NCBI GenBank assembly: GCA_041639835.1
Contig: JBEQBL010000001.1
Location: 1-30,979, forward strand
Length of the DNA: 30,979 nt
Origin: Salinarchaeum sp.
Lineage (GTDB): Archaea > Halobacteriota > Halobacteria > Halobacteriales > Salinarchaeaceae
Direction: 5' to 3'
In this document: one piece after another, positions 1 through 8,745 of the stretch
Layout of the letters: each line of letters begins with the position of its first letter
Position numbering within the stretch: the first letter of the stretch is position 1
Translations under genes and position numbers: made by a program
The notes under the pieces: model-generated
Database searches by the model: none
The model's input: the letters and a program-made list of their open reading frames with translations, nothing else
What the model was told of the DNA's origin: nothing

Positions 1-107
1 TCGGTGATTTCCTCGGTAAATCGACCCTTGGCGTCCCGAGCACGATGGCGACACGCGCGCTTGCCACGACCACGATCATGACCGTGCCGCTGCTCGCGTT
101 TTGACAT
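1..107 (-). CDS. 5' part of a hypothetical protein running off the left edge (MSKREQRHGHDRGRGKRACRHRARDAKGRFTEEIT...), divergent from the feo operon
   Basis: Manual translation: ATG at 107-105, open to base 1. A TATA-like TTATAT (136-131 on the minus strand) lies about 24 nt upstream, typical of a leaderless haloarchaeal gene. Confidence 0.55.
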   Translation of the reverse strand, partial: MSKREQRHGHDRGRGKRACRHRARDAKGRFTEEIT

Positions 108-241
108 GTACTAGCGTTGCTCTGATGATGATATAACCCTTTTGCTAGTACGCTACTGGGTCGATTACCCGGGGGGCCCTTGCAGTATAATCCCCTTTCC
201 CGTGGATGACAGCCCCGTAACCTACGCCGATCATAATCTTT

Positions 242-257
242 TTTAGGCACACCAAAA
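242..257. promoter_or_regulatory. DtxR/MntR-family-like operator box 1 (TTTAGG-CACA-CCAAAA)
   Basis: Near-perfect TTAGG-N4-CCTAA palindrome (one mismatch) directly upstream of feoA. Confidence 0.55.
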
Positions 258-271
258 GATCATGCGACTGA

Positions 272-287
272 ATTAGGTGACCCTAAT
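272..287. promoter_or_regulatory. DtxR/MntR-family-like operator box 2 (ATTAGG-TGAC-CCTAAT)
   Basis: Perfect 6-bp inverted arms with a 4-nt spacer. It overlaps the probable feoA ATG and lies 30 bp from box 1. Confidence 0.65.
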
Positions 288-576
288 GCTGCTTAATGGA
301 CTTCTTTCGGCGGTAACTTCTAGTGGGGCCGATCAGCAACCGGTCCCTGACTGTCGACCGGCGACGGAGCTTCAGGTCGGCCAGTCCGGAACGGTTGCCC
401 AGATTGATGAGCATGTCCGTGACCGGGCCATTGCGCGCGGCATTCGTCCAGGGCGTACTCTTGAGGTCCAGACAAAACAGCCATTTGATGGCCCGGTTGT
501 TGTTTCTGTTGACCGGTCTGTCACCTCAATTAGTCGTCGCTGTGCCCGGGGCATCGAAATCACCGTTGACCGATGA
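286..576 (+). CDS. feoA: FeoA family ferrous iron transport protein
   Basis: FeoA-like core (RAIARGIRPGRTLEV...PFDGPVVVSV...ISRRCARGIEI), immediately upstream of the FeoB GTPase. ATG 286 is preferred over GTG 277. Confidence 0.85.
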   Translation: MLLNGLLSAVTSSGADQQPVPDCRPATELQVGQSGTVAQIDEHVRDRAIARGIRPGRTLEVQTKQPFDGPVVVSVDRSVTSISRRCARGIEITVDR

Positions 577-1112
577 CAGAGCCGTCAACGATATTACTTG
601 TCGGGCATCCAAATGTTGGGAAAAGCGTCCTGTTTAATCAACTGGCTGGGGCTTCGATTACGGAGTCAAACTACCCTGGGACGACAGTGGATTACACTGA
701 GGGGAAACTAACACTGGGCGATCGGTCATTGATGATCATCGACACGCCAGGAACGTTCTCGCTTGACGCCCGCGATCGAGCTGAGGAAGTTACCGTCGAG
801 CTGTTAGAAGCAACTTCGGATGCGCTTATCATTGGGGTCATCGACGCAACACGTATTGAACGGGGGCTGCATCTCCTCTTGGAACTTGTTGAGCAGGAAC
901 ATGACCTGCTTGTGGCGCTGAACATGTGGGATCAAGCCCTTCAGGATGGTATTGATATTGACCTTGACCGGTTAGAGCAGATTCTTGCTGTCCCAGTTGT
1001 CCCAACGGTTGCCACCGAGGGCCGCGGCATCGCCCAGTTGGAAAACCGCATTGACGAGGCGACAACACCCTCAATTGATGGAATCCAGAAACGCGCACAG
1101 CAGACATCATAA
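573..1112 (+). CDS. feoB: FeoB N-terminal GTPase domain (split FeoB, part 1)
   Basis: G1 GHPNVGKS, G2 NYPGTTV, G3 DTPG, G4 NMWD. ATGA overlap with feoA. Confidence 0.9.
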   Translation: MTEPSTILLVGHPNVGKSVLFNQLAGASITESNYPGTTVDYTEGKLTLGDRSLMIIDTPGTFSLDARDRAEEVTVELLEATSDALIIGVIDATRIERGLHLLLELVEQEHDLLVALNMWDQALQDGIDIDLDRLEQILAVPVVPTVATEGRGIAQLENRIDEATTPSIDGIQKRAQQTS

Positions 1113-1130
1113 TTACACGAAGTGACCGTC

Positions 1131-2366
1131 ATGAGCACTGATATTGATCCATCTACTCGCTGGGATCTCGTTGATGCCATTACGGATCAAGCCGTTAATT
1201 ATGAGCCATCCGATCCGACCATTGCTGATGAACTTGGGCGATTGATGATCGCCCCGTGGACCGGATTTCCATTTGCGATTGCTGTTCTCTATGGTATCTG
1301 GGGCGTGTTCACCACTGTGGCCGGCTTTCTCACTGATGGATACTTTGTCCCCCTATTCGATGAGTACTGGCTGCCCTGGCTTCAATCGTCGTTCCCAGGG
1401 GAAGGCACATGGCTGTACTTTATTCTTGTTGGTGATCCAGTGGCGACAAACAGCTTTGAGGCATTTGGGATGCTTACAAGCGGCCTGTTTGTTGCCGTTG
1501 GCGTTGTGATTCCGGCCCTACTGGCCTTGTACCTTATTTTGGCAGTGCTTGAGGATTCAGGCTATATTCCTCGGCTGGCGGTCTTACTGGATACGTTCTT
1601 TCACCGCATTGGGTTGCATGGATTTGCCGTCGTCCCGATGGTGCTGTCCTTTGGATGTAATGTCCCCGGCGTTGAGGCAACCCGATCGCTTGAAGGTGAA
1701 AAACAGCGACTAATCATGATGACACTGCTGTCGGTGTTCATTCCCTGTGGTGCGCAACTCGGGGTGATGCTGTCGTTGATTCCCCAGTATACCGGATTTA
1801 TTCTGCTTTACCTTATTGCCGGCTTCTTTGTCTTTGGGGCAGTTATCAACCGACTTGTGCCGGGTTCTGCGCCGGAATTTATTGTTGATATTCCACCCCT
1901 TCGACGCCCTCGGGCTGGCCCGTTGTTAACCCGCCTTCACACCCGGATTCGTGGCTTTCTGACCACCGGCGTTCCATTTGTGCTCGCTGGTGTCGGGGTT
2001 ATTAACGTGCTGTATGTGACCGATCTGATGCGCTCGCTTGCAGCAAGCGTCCAACCGGTTTTAACAACCTGGTTTGGTGTGCCAGGAGATACCGTCCCGG
2101 CCCTGGTGGCCGGATTTATGCGGAAGGATCTCGCTGTCGCTCAATTGAGTGCTATTGAGTTGACAGCGTATGAGACGGTCATGTCGGTTATTATGATCAG
2201 CATCTATTTCCCCTGTGTTGCTACCTTCGCTATGCTGATCAAGGAAGGTCGTGAAACCGGAAGCGTTATTCGAGTACTTGGCGCCAGTCTTGCAACACTT
2301 GTTGTTGCACTGTTTGTCTGGGGCGGCTTATTCCATCTCTTTGGCATTGTGACGGGGGTGGCATAG
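1131..2366 (+). CDS. feoB: FeoB membrane (gate) domain (split FeoB, part 2)
   Basis: LEDSGYIPRLA, GCNVPG and YFPCVAT FeoB membrane motifs, many hydrophobic segments. Alternative start GTG 1122. Confidence 0.9.
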   Translation: MSTDIDPSTRWDLVDAITDQAVNYEPSDPTIADELGRLMIAPWTGFPFAIAVLYGIWGVFTTVAGFLTDGYFVPLFDEYWLPWLQSSFPGEGTWLYFILVGDPVATNSFEAFGMLTSGLFVAVGVVIPALLALYLILAVLEDSGYIPRLAVLLDTFFHRIGLHGFAVVPMVLSFGCNVPGVEATRSLEGEKQRLIMMTLLSVFIPCGAQLGVMLSLIPQYTGFILLYLIAGFFVFGAVINRLVPGSAPEFIVDIPPLRRPRAGPLLTRLHTRIRGFLTTGVPFVLAGVGVINVLYVTDLMRSLAASVQPVLTTWFGVPGDTVPALVAGFMRKDLAVAQLSAIELTAYETVMSVIMISIYFPCVATFAMLIKEGRETGSVIRVLGASLATLVVALFVWGGLFHLFGIVTGVA

Positions 2367-2825
2367 ATGCGACTGACACCGATTTACTGGTTTGTTATTG
2401 GACTTGTCTTCCTGCTTGTTGGCGGTATTGAACTTGCAGTCGGCGTTCTTGGAACCGAGTGGACATTCGCTGGGATATCCGTTTCGGGTACATATCTCCC
2501 ATGGCGTGGGGTGATTGTTGCTGCAGCTGGTGCGATCTATGTCCGTGGCGTGCTTGCTGATCTACAGCAGACGCGTGCACAGGCAGTTATTCTCTTGGCA
2601 AGTCTAATGCTATGGATCGTGGCCGGACATGCACTCCTGGCGACAATCCTTGGTACCCTTCCTGGTGGTGAGGATGTCTGGATTGCAAGTGCAAGTCAGT
2701 TGCTTGTGGCACTTGGACCGCCGTATCCGCCTTCGCTTGCATTGCTCCCGGTAACGCTTCCGGCGCTTTTGTACCCGGATATTGATTGGCCAGTAGTTGG
2801 ATCCTTATCGGTGAAACAATCATGA
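2367..2825 (+). CDS. Hypothetical membrane protein in the feo operon (about 4 TM helices)
   Basis: 152-aa hydrophobic ORF abutting feoB, with an ATGA overlap to the next gene. Confidence 0.75.
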   Translation: MRLTPIYWFVIGLVFLLVGGIELAVGVLGTEWTFAGISVSGTYLPWRGVIVAAAGAIYVRGVLADLQQTRAQAVILLASLMLWIVAGHALLATILGTLPGGEDVWIASASQLLVALGPPYPPSLALLPVTLPALLYPDIDWPVVGSLSVKQS

Positions 2826-3112
2826 GCATGTATCAAGAGACATTAGCGCTAATTGCACGGAACCGGTCGGTGCCGGAGATTGCGGCAGAACTTGATACCC
2901 GCGAGGATGCTGTTCGTGGAATGATCCAGTCAATGGTTCGTGCCGGGCATCTCCAGGAAATAGGGTGTGAGACAACGGGGTGTTCGGCTTGTCCGATGAG
3001 CGAGGCCTGTGGGATGGATAATGATCATGCTATCAGCTATCTTCTTACCGCAGATGGACAGGCCGTGCTTGAGACCGCTGAGGGGCCTCCTGATCTTGAT
3101 CTCACAGCATGA
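2822..3112 (+). CDS. feoC: FeoC-like winged-helix protein with Cys cluster
   Basis: HTH-like N-terminus (SVPEIAAEL...VRGMIQSMVRAGHL) followed by CETTGCSACPMSEAC, last gene of the feo operon. Confidence 0.65.
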   Translation: MSMYQETLALIARNRSVPEIAAELDTREDAVRGMIQSMVRAGHLQEIGCETTGCSACPMSEACGMDNDHAISYLLTADGQAVLETAEGPPDLDLTA

Positions 3113-3220
3113 CGCGTACACAGCCGCGTGCGCTTAGCGGCCGTAAGCTAGCCATACCAACAGGGAACAGAGTATGTGGGGTGGCGATCAATTCAAGTCT
3201 CTGTCGTTGTAATGACGTAT

Positions 3221-3430
3221 ATGGCTCAAATCGAAGGGATAATCAAGGAGCGATACACCAGCGACGAAATCAGTGAAACACTCAGCGAGCTTGAGGAGGC
3301 TGGTCTGACAGATCTTGACGATCGTGAGGCCGTTGAACGGTTAGTCAAGGAGTTTTATTTCCGTGGCCTCGTCCATGGCCGTGCCGAGGAGGACAAAGTG
3401 CAGGCTGTTCGTGAAGAGATTGGATACTGA
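3221..3430 (+). CDS. Small acidic hypothetical protein (69 aa; alternative start 3212)
   Basis: Strongly acidic, haloarchaeal-type composition. Confidence 0.6.
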   Translation: MAQIEGIIKERYTSDEISETLSELEEAGLTDLDDREAVERLVKEFYFRGLVHGRAEEDKVQAVREEIGY

Positions 3431-3459
3431 TACGACAGGCAACGCCGAGTGTCGGGTGC

Positions 3460-4077
3460 TTACTCGAATGGGTCCTGTGCGGTTCCCTGACCAGCGTCCC
3501 GCGAGCGGAGGTACGCGAGAACAACCACAGCCACAAAGACCACAAGTACTACGCCACCGAGCAATCCGACTGGGATTCCTGACTCGGCATCCGCAGAAAC
3601 AGTGACAGTCTCCTGTCCAACAACTGGGGACGTTGTCTCCGCTGTGCTGATATCCCCCGTGATCTGGAGTTGATCACCACTAGACATCTCCGGTGACAGT
3701 GTCACAGTATACTGGACGGTGAGTGTCTCCCCCTCTTCGATAGGTGACTCGTCAAACTGGATTGTCAAGCCCTGTGTTGTTGCAGACTGTGCAGTTGGAA
3801 ATTCCTGAGTTCCATCAACATTGACGGCCTGTAAACTCGCACTTTCAACTGCTGGCGTGAACGTTTCTTCAAGCACCAGTGGTCCGGATAACGTCTCATT
3901 GACAGTTGTTTCGACTGTGACAGCAACCGTTCCATTTGGCGGTGCCTGATTAGGCAGCGTTCGGTCAGATGACACAACCGGTTGTGCGAGGGCCCCCCCG
4001 GTAATACCGCCGACGCTAACCAGCACGACACCAAGGAGAAGAACCAACTGTGCCCTCCGTATGTCCCAATCCCCCAT
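3460..4077 (-). CDS. Secreted, C-terminally membrane-anchored surface protein
   Basis: N-terminal basic plus hydrophobic signal (RRAQLVLLLGVVLVSVGG...ALA), Thr/Val-rich beta-type domain, and a C-terminal TM helix followed by RSR. Confidence 0.75.
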   Translation of the reverse strand: MGDWDIRRAQLVLLLGVVLVSVGGITGGALAQPVVSSDRTLPNQAPPNGTVAVTVETTVNETLSGPLVLEETFTPAVESASLQAVNVDGTQEFPTAQSATTQGLTIQFDESPIEEGETLTVQYTVTLSPEMSSGDQLQITGDISTAETTSPVVGQETVTVSADAESGIPVGLLGGVVLVVFVAVVVLAYLRSRDAGQGTAQDPFE

Positions 4078-4446
4078 GCTATGTACTATGACTGCTATAT
4101 GATTTCACATTACATGAATCCCCTGGCCGCCTTCGACACTAATGTATACTTCAACGTATGCATAAAATATATTAATTATGTCATAAACAGAGGATATTGG
4201 AACAGACATATGAACAAAAGAAAGTTGTATAATAATAAAAACTAATTAAGAAAACAACATCAGCGCACATTCCGGTGATAATTAATCTAAAAATGTGTAT
4301 ATCGCTGCTCGCAGTAAAGTGACTATTAGAAAAACAACTATTTTATTATACGATATCTATCTTTAAAAACGCGACGTGGCTTATCGGGTCCCAGTATTCA
4401 TGATCATCCGAACGCGTTATGTAAATCGGCTGGATCACCTTGTGGT

Positions 4447-5040
4447 ATGAGTTCGGATGAGCCAGCGTCGAACAAGCTCGGGCGGTTGATTCAGCGGCAT
4501 GGTCTTTCGGACTTACGAGAAGAGCTTATTACCCGCTGGACGGCGCCCCAAGACGAGCGATCAAGCCTTCGGGACCTGGCTGACTATGTTAATCAACAGT
4601 TGCTTGGAGCGCATCTTGAGGCTGCCAACGTTACTGTAACCGATTATGACCTTGTCCAGCGGTACCACCGGTTGACCAGTGATGAGGTGCCAACAAGCGA
4701 TCGGACTCGCGAACGTCGTACACTTGAACGGCAGGGAGTTGATGTTGATCAGTTATTTGATGAATTTGTTTCACACCAGACTGTTCATACCTACCTGACC
4801 GATGACTGTGATGTCGAGTATACAACTGCTAACACTAGTGCCCCAAGTGAGACCGTCGGTCAGTTGAAAGGCCGTGTCAGTGCTGTGACCGACTCGATTG
4901 TTGACCAACTGGAGGAAACCCCTCCCGAATACGACGTATTTGTCGATATAACAGTCTACTGTCATGGCTGTGAGCGCCGGTATACGATTGAAGAACTTAT
5001 TGAGGCTGATGGGTGTGCATGTGCTAGTCCCGCTGAGTGA
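4447..5040 (+). CDS. RdfA-family haloarchaeal protein
   Basis: KLGRLI..HGL...EELITRWT...RSSLRDLADY and FVSHQTVHTYL segments plus a C-terminal CxxC...CxC match the RdfA family as I recall it. Orthology to RdfA itself is not established. Confidence 0.7.
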   Translation: MSSDEPASNKLGRLIQRHGLSDLREELITRWTAPQDERSSLRDLADYVNQQLLGAHLEAANVTVTDYDLVQRYHRLTSDEVPTSDRTRERRTLERQGVDVDQLFDEFVSHQTVHTYLTDDCDVEYTTANTSAPSETVGQLKGRVSAVTDSIVDQLEETPPEYDVFVDITVYCHGCERRYTIEELIEADGCACASPAE

Positions 5041-5085
5041 CAATCGTCGAAAGCTATTTTATATAGAGGCATGGTTTGTTATACC

Positions 5086-5439
5086 ATGTCAGGCATACCG
5101 CAAACCGAAGCGTTAGATGTCCTTGCGGATTCACACGCTCGGTGTATTCTCCGCCGGACATCACAGACACCGATGTCGGCACAGGAGCTGGCTGCCGTCT
5201 GCGAGATGTCTGAGACGACTATTTATCGCCGACTTAACCAACTGCAGAATCTGGGGTTTCTGACCGAACATGTCGAACTTGACCGCTCTGGGGACCATCA
5301 GCGACGGTATGAGACGGCCATTGACTATATCGGGGTTTCCTTTACTGATGGAGAGCTTGCCGTTACCATTGAGCCAAGCGACGAGTCATCTGACCATCTC
5401 TCCACAACCACCGGTGGTCGCCATGGGGGTCGGTCCTGA
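5086..5439 (+). CDS. ArsR-like winged HTH transcriptional regulator
   Basis: LDVLADSHAR.IL...PMSAQELA..CEMSETTIYRRL pattern. TTTTATATA (5057-5065) lies about 25 nt before ATG 5086. Confidence 0.8.
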   Translation: MSGIPQTEALDVLADSHARCILRRTSQTPMSAQELAAVCEMSETTIYRRLNQLQNLGFLTEHVELDRSGDHQRRYETAIDYIGVSFTDGELAVTIEPSDESSDHLSTTTGGRHGGRS

Positions 5440-5663
5440 GCGCCGTTCCTGTGATTATTATTTATCCCCGTGCTGATTACCGCTTGTAAGCTTCCTCGTT
5501 CCCCCGTTGGCCATCGTCCTATGCCTATCCCAGCAGTACGATTCAAGCCAATGCACCTCGGAGTTTTGTAACTGTAAGCTCTCACTGAGCGACAGCCAGA
5601 CTGTATGGCCGGCTATGGCTTTCGGGACTCCCTCTCAAAACGACTCGTAGCAGGTGTGTGCAG

Positions 5664-5682
5664 GTTCCCCACGTTCGGGAAC
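5664..5682. promoter_or_regulatory. 19-bp palindromic operator A (GTTCCCC-ACGTT-CGGGAAC), 11 nt upstream of TATA-like TTTATGTA (5694-5701)
   Basis: Inverted repeat. A near-identical copy with identical spacing to a TATA box occurs at 9721. Confidence 0.65.
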
Positions 5683-5942
5683 TTATTCATATCTTTATGT
5701 AATTAATTGGTAGTATCATATGCTGTCCCCCGCTTATCGCTGGGGACGAGGTGCATCTCCATGTATGCAGAGAGCCCTATGTATCGACGTATCGACTGTC
5801 TCCACACGACATCATTGTTGATCCCGTTGGTAGCCGGTATGTTACGTATCGGTCTGATAGCACACACGCATGCTGATGCGGCAGTACAATCGCACTGCGA
5901 TCCGTGTGGTCATCAATCCGCTACCACTTCGGTGATTGGTTC

Positions 5943-6944
5943 ATGACCTGTGACTGTCACTCTACGCTCCCAGGCTCCTCGCGTCGTCGGGCCATCCAGG
6001 TTATCGGTGTTGGCACTCTTACTGGATTGGCTGGCTGTGGTACCCTGCTCGGAGAGAGTGTGGATCTTCGGATTTCCGGCGGGGTAGGCCCCCTACCAAT
6101 GGTGGAGGTCTGGGCAAGCCAATTTGAGGCGGACACCGGAACCGTGATTGACATCTCAGGCGGCGGTACCGGTGTTGGTGTGTCTGATCTACTTAACGGG
6201 CAGGTTGATCTTGCAATGATGGGTCGGGAGCCTGAACCAGAAGAGCGTGAGCAGGGCCTAGTGGCTGTCGCAATGCTTCGGGATACCGTTGTTGGAACCA
6301 TTCACCCTGATAATCCCGTTCGCGACGCCATCAGCCAGCAGGGACTCTCTCGACGAGATCTTGAAGCAATCTTTACAAAAGACGTCACAACATGGGGGGC
6401 TGTCGTTGATGCCGACAGTGATGCCGATATTATTGTCTATGGTCGCGCCGATGCCTCAGCGGCATACAAACAGTGGGGTGATTTTCTTGGTGGACCAAAC
6501 GACGCCTATACCGAAAGTGAACTTGAGAGCCTCTCCGATGGTAACTACGATGGTGACCAGGCCGTTGCTGAGGCTGTCGGCCGTGAGCCCAACGCAATCG
6601 CTTTTAACAATGTCAACTACGTCTGGGATTTCGAAACCGGCGAACTCTCCGGTAACGTTCGTCCTGTTCCGCTTGATCGTAATGATAATGATGTGATTGA
6701 TGAAGACGAAGACGTGTACGACTCTCGTGATGTCTTTCTCAATGCCGTTGAGGCTGGGATATACCCTGCTCCGCCTGCCCGAGAGATGTTTTTAGCTGCC
6801 GAGGAGCAGTTTACCGGTGCCGCGTATGAGTTTGTCCACTGGGTACTACACGAGGGCCAACAGATGGTCCGTGACAATGGATATGTTCCCCTGGAACCGG
6901 ATCGGCTGGAAGCGCAGCGTGAGAAACTTGCGGCTCATTCATAA
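5943..6944 (+). CDS. pstS: PstS-like oxyanion ABC transporter substrate-binding lipoprotein (Tat)
   Basis: SRRRAI twin-arginine signal plus LAGC lipobox. DISGGGTGVG, VDLAMMGRE and GYVPL segments are of PstS type, and pstCAB follow. Confidence 0.8.
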   Translation: MTCDCHSTLPGSSRRRAIQVIGVGTLTGLAGCGTLLGESVDLRISGGVGPLPMVEVWASQFEADTGTVIDISGGGTGVGVSDLLNGQVDLAMMGREPEPEEREQGLVAVAMLRDTVVGTIHPDNPVRDAISQQGLSRRDLEAIFTKDVTTWGAVVDADSDADIIVYGRADASAAYKQWGDFLGGPNDAYTESELESLSDGNYDGDQAVAEAVGREPNAIAFNNVNYVWDFETGELSGNVRPVPLDRNDNDVIDEDEDVYDSRDVFLNAVEAGIYPAPPAREMFLAAEEQFTGAAYEFVHWVLHEGQQMVRDNGYVPLEPDRLEAQREKLAAHS

Positions 6945-6946
6945 CC

Positions 6947-7885
6947 ATGGCCATGGAACCAAGTCAGTCTCAGCGGGACGTATCTGATGGACTACCACGA
7001 CGGGTTCTTATTGAGCAGGTGAGCAACCAGTGGTTTCGGCTCGCCGGCTATTTTGCAATTGTACTGTTTGTGGCGATTGTACTGACACTGCTGGCTCACT
7101 CATCTGATATTCTTATGTCATTTTCGGTGACCGATCTACTCCTCTCAACCAACTGGGACCCGGCACAGGATGCGTTTGGCTTTCTTCCGGCAGTCATTGG
7201 CACGTTATACGTTACCGGCATCGCGATGCTTCTGGGAACTCCGCTGGCCCTTCTTACCGGCATCTATCTCGCAGAGATGGCCAACGGCCGTCTCAAGGCC
7301 GTAACCGCCGCGTTTATCGATGTTTTGGCAGCCGTTCCTGGCGTTGTGTTTGGTATTGTTGGTCTACTTATTGTCGTGCCGATAATCAGTGATTCTCTTG
7401 CGCCGGCGGTCGGTGCTAGCAGTACTGGACTGAGTATCTTGGCCGCCGGGCTTGTGATGGCAATTGTCGTCACCCCATTTATGATTTCGCTGATCGTTGA
7501 ATCGATTGATGCATTACCGCGTGAACTGCGTGATGCGACCCTCTCGTTAGGGACGACACGCTGGGAAATGATCAAGCATGTGTTGTTGCGTGCTGCTGGC
7601 CCGGGTATTTTTTCCGCGATTTTACTGGGCTTTGGCCGGGTCTTTGGGGCGACTATTGTCCCGACAATGCTTATTGGAAGCCAGATGCAGATTCCTGTTA
7701 CGCCGTTTGATCCCGGTCAGACACTAACCTCAACGATTGTCAATGACTTTGGTGAGCTCATGTCCTTACCCCTGACACAGTCGGCACTGATCTTCGTTGG
7801 GTTGGTCCTCATGCTTGTTGTCGGTATGTTCAATCTCGTAGCGATGGTATTGCGCCGCCGGCTCAAACGGAGGTGGCAGTACTAA
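6947..7885 (+). CDS. pstC: PstC-like ABC permease
   Basis: FGFLPAVIGT, LAAVPGVVFG and the EAA-loop region (ALP.ELRDATLSLGTTRWE). Confidence 0.88.
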   Translation: MAMEPSQSQRDVSDGLPRRVLIEQVSNQWFRLAGYFAIVLFVAIVLTLLAHSSDILMSFSVTDLLLSTNWDPAQDAFGFLPAVIGTLYVTGIAMLLGTPLALLTGIYLAEMANGRLKAVTAAFIDVLAAVPGVVFGIVGLLIVVPIISDSLAPAVGASSTGLSILAAGLVMAIVVTPFMISLIVESIDALPRELRDATLSLGTTRWEMIKHVLLRAAGPGIFSAILLGFGRVFGATIVPTMLIGSQMQIPVTPFDPGQTLTSTIVNDFGELMSLPLTQSALIFVGLVLMLVVGMFNLVAMVLRRRLKRRWQY

Positions 7886-8745
7886 TGGACCGCTACCGCG
7901 AACAGCAGTTGATTGCTGTACTGGCCCGTTGGGGGACTGCTGTTGTCGTGACAGCACTGCTAGTGGTTATTGCAGCGACAATCTATCGCGGCGGGACCGT
8001 CCTGCTGTCAGATCCGCTAATACCGCTTACACCCCCCGGTAGCAGCTACATGCTTGATGGCTCCGGTGGCTTTCTGCACGCGGTTGTCGGCAGTGTGCTT
8101 ATTGTTGTCCCGGCTACGGGGGTTGCAACGATTTTAGCTCTCTCGACAGCGGTGTATCTTCAAAGTGACTACTCCAGCCAGCGTTTTGGCGAGTATGTCA
8201 ATATGTTCTTGAACATTCTCTGGGGTACCCCCCCAATCGTCTATGGTGTCTTTGTGCTCACAGCAATGATTGCTATTGGAAGCCGTGCAAGTATGTTAGC
8301 TGGAATCGTTGCAATCGGTATCTTCGAGTATCCGATCATTACCCGGTATGCTGATGAAGCATTACAAGCCGTTCCTGCGGCGGTCAAAACCTCAAGCTAC
8401 GGACTTGGTGCTACACGATTTGAAACTGCCTGGATAACGGTACGATCGGCACTGCCAGGTATTATAGCTGGAGTCATTATGGGTTTTGCTCGTGGTATCG
8501 GCGATGCTGCAACGGTGTTGTTCACCGCCGGTGGCAGCACACGCATGCCAGGCGGTCTGTTTGAACCGGCAACAACACTCCCAATCCTGATTTTTGATCA
8601 GGCGAACTCACATAGTGCCACGGTCAGGGCTCATGCTTATGCGGCGGCCTTTGTGCTGATTATTACCGTCTTGATCCTGATCGGCTGTTCAAAGGTACTA
8701 GCAGGCCGATGTGCCCGATTTACACCAGGAGGACAATGCAAATGA
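7885..8745 (+). CDS. pstA: PstA-like ABC permease
   Basis: LWGTPPIVYG, ALQAVP...SYGLGATRFE, ARGIGDAA. TAATG overlap with a GGAGGTG SD. Confidence 0.88.
   Translation: MDRYREQQLIAVLARWGTAVVVTALLVVIAATIYRGGTVLLSDPLIPLTPPGSSYMLDGSGGFLHAVVGSVLIVVPATGVATILALSTAVYLQSDYSSQRFGEYVNMFLNILWGTPPIVYGVFVLTAMIAIGSRASMLAGIVAIGIFEYPIITRYADEALQAVPAAVKTSSYGLGATRFETAWITVRSALPGIIAGVIMGFARGIGDAATVLFTAGGSTRMPGGLFEPATTLPILIFDQANSHSATVRAHAYAAAFVLIITVLILIGCSKVLAGRCARFTPGGQCK

Noticed and set aside
3982-4245. 87-aa plus-strand ORF across the AT-rich patch
   Set aside because: Basic, Asn/Tyr-rich and non-acidic, and it overlaps the surface-protein gene in antisense. Most likely a by-product of composition.
4141-4370. 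AT-rich patch as a replication origin
   Set aside because: No ORB-like repeats (GTTCCAGTGGAAAC-type with G-string) and no orc1/cdc6 gene nearby.
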